DNA of 63,900 nucleotides, filler included, from Platydemus manokwari (lineage: Eukaryota), in NCBI GenBank assembly GCA_037951405.1. It is 5 parts of 5 records of this genome, joined end to end, with 100 filler letters (N's around TTAATTAATTAA, not from the genome) between each part and the next. Parts side by side here need not be neighbours in the genome. Positions count along the whole stretch, not along the records: positions 55,192 to 63,900 come from JBBMOY011362315.1; 4 more parts are not named here. The stretch is one strand, 5' to 3'. Position numbers and translations under genes: made by a program. Position 1 is the first letter of the stretch. The number at the start of each line of letters is the position of its first letter. Positions 55,092-63,900 of the stretch are shown piece after piece. Below the pieces are notes generated by a model. It saw nothing but the letters and a program-made list of their open reading frames with translations. It had not been told where the DNA came from and did not search any database.

Positions 55092-55191
55092 NNNNNNNNN
55101 NNNNNNNNNNNNNNNNNNNNNNNNNNNNNNNNNNNTTAATTAATTAANNNNNNNNNNNNNNNNNNNNNNNNNNNNNNNNNNNNNNNNNNNN
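55092..55191. other. Assembly gap/spacer
   Basis: 100-bp N-run with TTAATTAATTAA. Confidence 0.98.
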
Positions 55192-55241
55192 TTTAATATG
55201 ATTGTGAAATTTATTACCATTTTTAAATGGAAATTTGGTTT

Positions 55242-55418
55242 TGAAAGGTTGAAATGACTTATACCACTAACATAATCAATGGCTCATATATGATCGATTC
55301 ATTGATCGACTTTTTCATTCGTGAAATCGAAAAATGTCTTACATATTTTTTTACAAAGATATTTGGAGTGAAATGTTGAAATGACTTATACCACTTTCAT
55401 AATCAAGGGCTCATATGT
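55242..55418 (+). repeat. Direct repeat of ~50 bp, period 127 bp
   Basis: TGAAA.GTTGAAATGACTTATACCACT..CATAATCAA.GGCTCATAT at 55242 and 55369. Confidence 0.85.
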
Positions 55419-58400
55419 TTATTAGCTAAACGAATCGATTTTTAATAATGACTAATGTGTCACTGCTTAGATTTTTCACAAATAATCCGAAACATGAAAC
55501 ACCGGCATACTTTTATTAATCGATTTTACATCAACAAATTTGCTTACACAAACATGCCGAATTTCAGTATTGTTGTTGATATAAAAACAAATTCAATTGC
55601 TATTGGTGATATTTGTTTGAATACGTCGTTTAGAATAAAGCGGATAAAAACAACAAATAAATAATTGATATCGCATTAATGATCTGAGAAATTCACTTGA
55701 AAATGTGAATTATCAAATAATCCCATTCGATATTAATCAAGCTGAACACAGATGAATTTAACGGTAATCAAGAAACATGTTCCGTTTGTAACAAGGGAAT
55801 ATATAGACATTAATTAATGAATTACAAGATAATTATAATCGCATGTGCTGTGTACTGGCAAGATTAATAACCAATATCTCCTTAACGTTAATAAGTAAAT
55901 CTTCTCCTCAACGAAAACCAGCTGATAAATCCACAGACAAAACTTATAATTGACAAAACAATGAGCGAAACAATTGTCGGCTATCGAAATTTAGAATTGT
56001 TAGATAATCCAATCCGAAATATTGTTATGTTTTGATGGCTTATGATTGCTTTAGTTATTAATATATTAAGGAAATTATATTAATTATAGGGAAATGTTGC
56101 GATCTTGAATATGTTAGTCTTTTTTCAACATTATTACAGCCTGACTAGAGTAGGTGCAGTTTTCATTTTAGAATTTAGAAATAAATTAAAATAACTAAAT
56201 GGAAATGTAAAACAAATACAAATGGTAAATGTTAACAAATAGTTATTATTGATTACAAATAACCAGGAGAAGATTATTTAGAATCATTATTAATCCAACT
56301 ATGGTTTGTGTAGGAGTTTATTTTCTCCTCTTCTGTAGAGCCGTAAGAACCTAGAGATACTAATAACGTTACTGATAGTTGGAACCTAATAGTCTGGTAA
56401 CTAAGACAGACGAGGTATTTGTTTTGGATGGACTTGGTTCAGGCCGAATGAATTGACTATGATTAAGGAAATATTTGTCTTCATATTAATACGTATTACT
56501 TGCAAAATTTAAGTAATATAATTTGGTACAAAGAACCGATTGTGCATAAATCACAATAATGGTTTGTCAATAATTCAATGATCAATTTTATCAGTTTATC
56601 AATAACTTATAGTTTTATGATTTGAGCAATGAAGTACATTTAAATGTGAACTTTCATAGATGGACTTTATCGATTTTCAAATATTAAATTTATCACTTGT
56701 CATGGGCGTTTTCCACGCATTTTTCTTGCTTTTATACTTGCCTAGACCTCTTTATTTTTTGCGTCTTATTATTGTTTTCTATTTTTGTTGTTGTTGAAAG
56801 CGATTTTTTTCTATTTATTTTGTCTATAATGTGAAATATTTATAGCCTTATTTTATTCTAATTTTAGATTTTATTCTATTTTTACAAAATTAGTCATAAA
56901 AATTTTGAAAATATATTATGCAACTGGTATTACTTTTCTAGAGGTGGAGTCTGTATCCAACAATACAGTCATAAATCGATAAGAAATTAGATAAAAATCA
57001 CACGAACCAGATATATAGAATAATCAGATTCGGATTAAGTTCCTTGTGGATATTCAAGAATCAATTAGCACACATTCGGCAAGTCAAGTAAGACTTCTTT
57101 TCAAACTCTTTTGATCAAATTTCATTGAAGTAATTCAAACGATCGATTGAAAATTAAGCAGTTTTGATTGCACAGAGAGAGTACAGTCACCCACAAAGGA
57201 AACATTTGTTATTAAAACTAGATTGTTAGTAAACTTCAATGAAATATAATCTTTATTCTACTCCCTGTCTAAATTTCAGAGTTAATTTCCACATACCTCT
57301 ATTTGAGTTGGATGCCATCAATTCCAATCACTAGTATTTTTATTTACTTACCTGCTCTTTCGGTCATGTCAACTTTAAAAATCACACATTAGCACAATTG
57401 CTATTTATATTTTTTGCAATGACGTCATTGAATTGAATAAAAATAATCATTGATTGTATATGTTATTATTTGTATTCATATCTTGTATTTACATTACCGT
57501 AACATGCATTCTGCTTACTGCCAGGAGTCAGATATTTGGTGAGAAAATCTCAATAAAAATCAACCAATAGCATTCATTGATATATATTAATCAACAAGTG
57601 TTATCGATATCAGTAAATTGTTAATATTTTCATTTTTCATTGATCACGATAATCCCATCAATATTTATTCAATATAATCAATAGATATAAACAAGAAAAG
57701 AAATTGAGGATTTAATAGGTCTTCGGTATTCTATTTTTATGAGTTCTTTTCGAATATATAAAATAGTCATTGATTTTTCTCGTAATTTATTTGATTTTTA
57801 ATCGATTTTTTCAATTTAAATTATATGAAAATCTATAATTATAAATTCTACATTTTTCTTTGGAAATTTTCTTTTGTAATAATAACATTTTCAAAAATAT
57901 CCTTAATAGACTTAACTCCGTGAATGATTTTAGTTGTTCCTTTGCTATATAAGACACGGATTTCATCACAACCTTCTCTCTCGAAAGTAAAAGTCAGACT
58001 TTAAATTGTTTCAGCTTTGAAACCTAAAAGAAAAATCGACCAATCCAATCGGATCATCGAAAAATATTGTGAAAAAATGTGAATAAGACAAAAACCAAGC
58101 AGATAAATCCACTCAATTTGAAATGATCCGATAATAAAACATTCAACAAATCTTTTCCATTCATTATCAGAAATCCATTGCTATGGCAATAAGTTACATC
58201 ATATAATTCAAGAGAAATTCATACGTATTTGCCAAGGGATTAAGTTCTAATTATTTTTCCAACAAATCCAAATACAATTATGATTTTCGTCACTGCCATC
58301 ATTATAATCTCTCCATTAAATGAAAAGTGAAAATTCTGGCCTATGTTAATGGTTTGAACGCATATATTGAAAAAGAAGATCAATCGATAAAGTGAGAACA

Positions 58401-58950
58401 TATGATAGTATTGTTTGGGAGATTTCATAGATAATTCCTAAATTTGTCAGATATTAGTGCTGATATACAATTTGAACTCATATTTCTATTATATGAATTA
58501 TCGATTTATTTCTTTGGGGGGAAAATCTCAAATATTCAGACAGTTCTCTGTTTGCCTGTCATCATGTCAGAAAAACATCTTTTAGAGAGAAATAAATCGA
58601 ACCTGAACCAATACAGTTCATCCTATATTGACAGTGCTGTCATAAGTCGATGTAATTGGTTGTGAAAATTGATGTGATAATAATGATGAAATTATCCTTA
58701 AATATTTTTCCATTGAAATATAAAGATAAAAATTATTAGAACATCGGTACTGAGATGGTTAGATGAGATGCTCTGATGATACAGAAATTAATGTATTTAT
58801 CAATATTTAATTATCGATAATACCTAAATTAATCTTGTTTTTGTAACAATCTTGGATGTATCTTTAAGCAGATTACTTTGAAGTTTCGATTAAAGTTAAG
58901 TAAAGGGGTCCTAAAATAAAAATTTTAATTCGTCGAGTGCATTACAAAAA

Positions 58951-59325
58951 TCTATATAGTTTATTTAATTAGATTCTTTAAAAACATTTTGAATTTTTTA
59001 TTTAAGTATTTAAGAAGAATTTTAGATTTTAAGAAGGATTTGATATAAATATTTAAAAAACACCTGTGCTTTAAAATCTCTTAAAATGTGATTGTTTGAA
59101 AAAGGATCAAAGTAGGTCAAATTGCAATTTATTGAAAGTAAGCGAGAGCCCCTTTTTCAATATTAAAAATAAAATAAGCAATACTCTCAACTTTGACAAT
59201 TACATTATAAAATAACCAATGATATCATTAAACATTTCTGTGGTTAACTAACTCGATTTATAATTTTAAAAAATTAAATTTAAAAACTCAAATAATCATA
59301 TAGAAGTGCTGTGATTAGAATAGGA
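58951..59325 (+). repeat. Dispersed AT-rich repeat, copy 2 (copy 1 at 33896-34239)
   Basis: Collinear similarity over ~350 bp. Confidence 0.85.
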
Positions 59326-62300
59326 ACTTGGTTTGTATCACAAACTCTCTGAAGGTAATTGGTTTTACTCCAAGACCAGGAGTGTATTAACCGTAGCTTA
59401 ATCCAGAAATTTGTTAGGACAAGTCATTTAAGTGTTCACTTTTATTAGGTGTAAATCTAATTGCTGAATTCATTGCCATTATATAATTGTTATCCCAATA
59501 AACCTTGTGTAAAGGAGTTGACTATTCATTGACCGAGGTATTAAAGATAAAGTTTTGTATAATAAAGGTTAATAGGAATTGAGAGTGATAAATAATAATA
59601 CATTAATGGTGAAGAAAGGAAGTATAATAAGGTTCATAATCGTACCTTTGGGCTTGATCAGAACTCATCTTCATTAAAATAACATTAAATACTGATTAGA
59701 TAAAAATAAAACCACTAAGCCCCAAAACGAACACCCATATTGATCAAATTGTTTTATTAATCCAATAAAAATGCAAGATAATATTATCAATCGGCAATGC
59801 TTTAAATTTCACTGATAAATTTCATGTTGTGATCTGAAAATATATGATTCTCATCAAAGATATCGACGGGAAATAAATGGCATTCGACTACATCCAAAAC
59901 GAGTCACAAGAAGAAGTCAAGTGTGATTTTACGACAAAAGGTAAATTTTCTTCTTACTAAGGATTTTTGCCATGGAGTGAGTATTGACATGTTTTTGAGA
60001 AAAATTTTACTTTGCACCATTTTGAGAACCCTTGCTTAATAAGATTTGAAAGTGACTTGGAACCGCCTGCCAAGATTTTCCAAAATAGTCCAAACAAGGT
60101 GGGCACTTCGACCAATAAAACTATTCGATTTTAAATTGGCGCTTGAATAAATTCAAATAAATCAATTCAGTTGTAAGAGATTTTATTTGTGATCGTATCG
60201 TATCATTTTTTACCAAATTACTAATTGTACTTGTGTTCTGATTTCTGCATCTTATTAGTTGAGATCTAAGCTGTCTATTTTTTCCAATATTTCCATATGG
60301 GTTTAGTTGTCTATAAATTTGTCTTTGTCATTATTCCATTCAAAACAGTTCAAAAATTTCCCGTTCTTACTTGTTAAATTCGATATTTCATTCTTCAATA
60401 CTAAAACACTTTTATAAGTGGGTGGGTTTAATAATCCTTTGAACTCAAATTGTTTGATTCGATGTTCGCCTTTATTAATTATAAATGTTAACCACGGTAG
60501 AAAACCACTCAATCCATTTGTAGCATTTTATTAATCGATGTTTAAAGTGAAGTATAAATATTTATTAACCAGACCATAAACAGTTCGGATTTTGGTACAG
60601 ATCAGATAAATTTGGAGCCAATGAAAATTTAAAAATAAGTTATCATTTATTATCTTGCTTTGTTATTTTTTATTCGAATCATAAAACAGTTGTATAATTT
60701 TGGTTTGAAAATAAATTGTATGAAAAAAGGATCCATATTGAAAAGGAGATTAGAAAAGATTCTCCAAAATCCCAAAAACTTCTTTAACTTTTTCTGAAGA
60801 CGAATAAAAATGGTATCTATCAAATTTCTAATGATTAAAAATTCTTTAAATTAATTAAGACAGCTCGATAATAAGAGATAAACGAAAAACTATAGTATTT
60901 TTCATTATTTTATAAAGAAATATATATCGACACAAAATGATCTTATTGGTTTCTGCTGGATCACAATTTCAAAGACTATATTATCGATCTATTCTTCGAA
61001 TGCAACAATTTATCTGATAATAATATGTCTAAAAATGTGTAAGTGGTAATTATGACTGCTGCCTTATATAGGTAGTGATGAGTCATTCATATGACAATTT
61101 CAGACACTGTGACGGCTTCGATAATTGTGTGACATTAAAAATTATCAATAAATCAGAACACGACAATAAGAATAATAATGGTCTGTTGAATTATCAAAAA
61201 TAGGATATAATTAAAAAGTCTTATAAGGCCAACCAATCATGTATCGATATTGGGTTAATGCATAAAGTAAGGGAATAAAATTAATAGCAAAAATAAATTT
61301 TACCAAAACATGGTTTAGGTCATTCAATAACTTTCGAATAATACTAAATATGTAACAAGCCTTATTTTATTGAATTCTGAAGGCACATTTATGAATGCCA
61401 CAATCATTTCTGAATCATTAACTGTCTTAAGTCTTTCATCGGTAATGCCTTTATGTACTGCCTTTTTATTTTGTAGTATTGAATTGTATCTAATACAATC
61501 ACACTCCACCTCTCACCCAACATTCTGTGAACAATGATAATCCCTACGACAACGACTCACATACGAGAAGAAAATAGAAATCAAAAATTAAATTATCCAT
61601 CTACTAAACTCCTCTGAAACCTAGTATTAACAAAAGTGAATGATGTAACCAAATCTCAATAAATCTGTCAATGACAAGCCAAGTAATCAAATCAATCCAA
61701 TTTCATTCTAGCGCCAATTGGAATCAGCAATCGCAATCACACTTCAGCAGTTAAACAATGATTTTCGAAAATCTATTTACAAAGTATTGACTTTTGAAAA
61801 ACCAACTCACATCTATTTAGAAGATCAATTGTAGACTGTTAATAGCACTGGTTTGATAAATATTTTGAATTTTATCTTGACCTTTTAATGTGAAATTTGG
61901 CTGCTGTCACCATAACATTATATTGATTAAGTTTAATTTTGTTTGGTATTATATGGTGTCTGATTGATTTTATTTAGCACAATTATGGTTTCTATTAAAT
62001 GATAAATGTTGTATAATCGCGTTGTAAGAATTACATTGACATGTACTTTAAAAAAATTTTAAAAAAACAATGAGTAAGAACAAAAAATAAGCAAAAATAA
62101 TTAACTTTAAAAACAGAGGGCGTAATTGATGATCACAAAACAACAAAAGAACAGCACAAAGACAACAAATCACTACTCATCTCAGTGAGTGCTCCTCAAA
62201 GCCAACCAAATATTGCTCACTTTTACTTGCAAATAGTAAAGGAAAACCACGAATACTCAAAACCAAACTAATTTATATCCAGGCGCACGAAGTTATTGAG

Positions 62301-62619
62301 AAATATATTTAATCAAAATCCGTTCCAGTGGAATAAGTACAATCTGAGAAGTTTTATCTGAAAAATATGAGCCATAAGTTTTGTGCACAGAAAATAAAAT
62401 GATCAACGTTAGGAACTAATGAATGATTATCTGTGAATCCAATGTAAAATGTTTCTAGAAGTAAATACTTGATTGATAACAGAAAATTAGATTGCAAGTG
62501 ATTTACATATATCATTGTAATGTATGCGAATACAAAGACAATACTTTATTAAAAATCAAAAGAAGAAATAATAGTATTGATTTTGGGGGTCATTCGTTGT
62601 TTTTAATTTTAAATTAGAT

Positions 62620-62780
62620 TTTTACTTGCTTTGGTAATATCTCAGTTTTAACAAGATTCTGAAGTTCTAACGACCCACAGGTAATCACGAAACATAATAT
62701 TATGTTACTTCATCGCTTCGATCAACTCTAATCGAAATATGAAGTAATGCTGAATGGCTCTAGATATTGATTCAATGATT
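62620..62780 (+). repeat. Decayed coding-like repeat ('DPQVITK' block), second strong copy
   Basis: Similarity to 50598-50757. Confidence 0.75.
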
Positions 62781-63900
62781 GTACAATCGAACAAATTCTT
62801 AAGTATCTTATCGATTGATCCCCGAACAAACAATATCAATATCAAATTGATCTTCTAGCAAATACTTGGCTTATAATTGTTAATGACAATGGCGGAATCT
62901 GGTAAGCTTCAACGGCTTACGAATTTTGAATAATGGGCAAACTCTGTTAGTGGTTTCAAGTAGAGCTTAGTGGTTTCCAATAATTGGCAAGGCTACTGTT
63001 ATTGAGAGCCTATTTATACTGGTATTTATTTGGAATGACTTTCCATTGAAATACGGGTCTATTATTTAAGTATAATGAAGTTTACCAATTTAATCTGAGT
63101 TATTATTTTAAATGTAGGGGCTTCTATCGAACGGAAATTACTATTGATATTTTTAACGATAAATTTTTATTCTCGGTCATATTTTATTGAAGGTTATTTT
63201 TAATACGAGCTGGATATAAATGCGGTTAATCATATTATTATATTTATCGGATATGCTTATGAATAGAATATTTTAGTTGTCAATTATCTTTATTTATTTG
63301 AGGATTCCATAATTCCATAGATTATTCCTGCTGGGGATCTAGAACTCGTTTATGCCCAGCTTTCATAACTGGAGGACTGAGCAACATAAGTATAAGTCTT
63401 TCTAAAATCATATTTTATTATTTATAATATTACCATTCGTCGATATCAAGTTCTCCTTAAAATCGTTTTTAGGATCTTATAATCTTCCCTGGAATCGATA
63501 AGATTTATATATGAAATATAAACCCTTTTTTACTTAAAGTTTTTTAAAAAGGTTTATTGAATTAAAAAAATTATTCACATTAACAAAAAAGAACTGTAAA
63601 TATTTCCTTACGGAATGAACAATAAAGATTTCAGTAAAGAGAATTTAGTTTATGTCAAAAAGCATGGAATTATTTGGTAAGATTATTGTGACTTCAATTT
63701 ACGGAAACAATGATTAGGTAGTGGATAATATTCTCTTATCATTTAAATTGTCTTTTCTTGGACAAAATTGTTATAGAATTGAAATTGCAATTGTAGAATT
63801 ATTAAAAATTAAGATCATTTTTGTTCATTTTTAAGCATACTATTTTTATTAGAATTTTATCCATGTTATTTTTATGAATTTTGCTAATGCCCTTAATTTT

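Noticed and set aside
60720-60830. FLGFWRIF resembling the mononegaviral L 'GHP' region
   Set aside because: GHP is absent and no KERE, GG.EG or QGDNQ motifs follow.

Overview
This is very AT-rich eukaryotic (metazoan) genomic DNA with short GT-AG introns of about 40-60 nt. It has four artificial 100-bp scaffold spacers (N-run + TTAATTAATTAA + N-run). The intron size and TE repertoire suggest a flatworm-like invertebrate, but that is inference. Host genes: a 7-exon SLC25A16-type mitochondrial carrier (6719-9706, +), an MSP-domain/VAP-like gene (16027-~16870, +), vigilin/HDLBP (44165-40085, -), and the last exon of a quiver/sleepless-like Ly6 gene (48599-48801, +). At the left end, an APMAP/strictosidine-synthase-like exon splices in frame into disabled torsin exons. 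Mobile DNA dominates the rest: two decayed RLE-type non-LTR retrotransposons, three Polinton/Maverick remnants (pPolB twice, major capsid), a decayed Gypsy pol lying back-to-back with a chuvirus-like class III fusion glycoprotein (env) remnant, two hAT MITEs with 8-bp TSDs, a TA-TSD MITE, and mariner ends at gaps. An unidentified decayed multi-copy element occupies about 50-63.5 kb. All family assignments come from hand translation and remembered motifs, not database searches.
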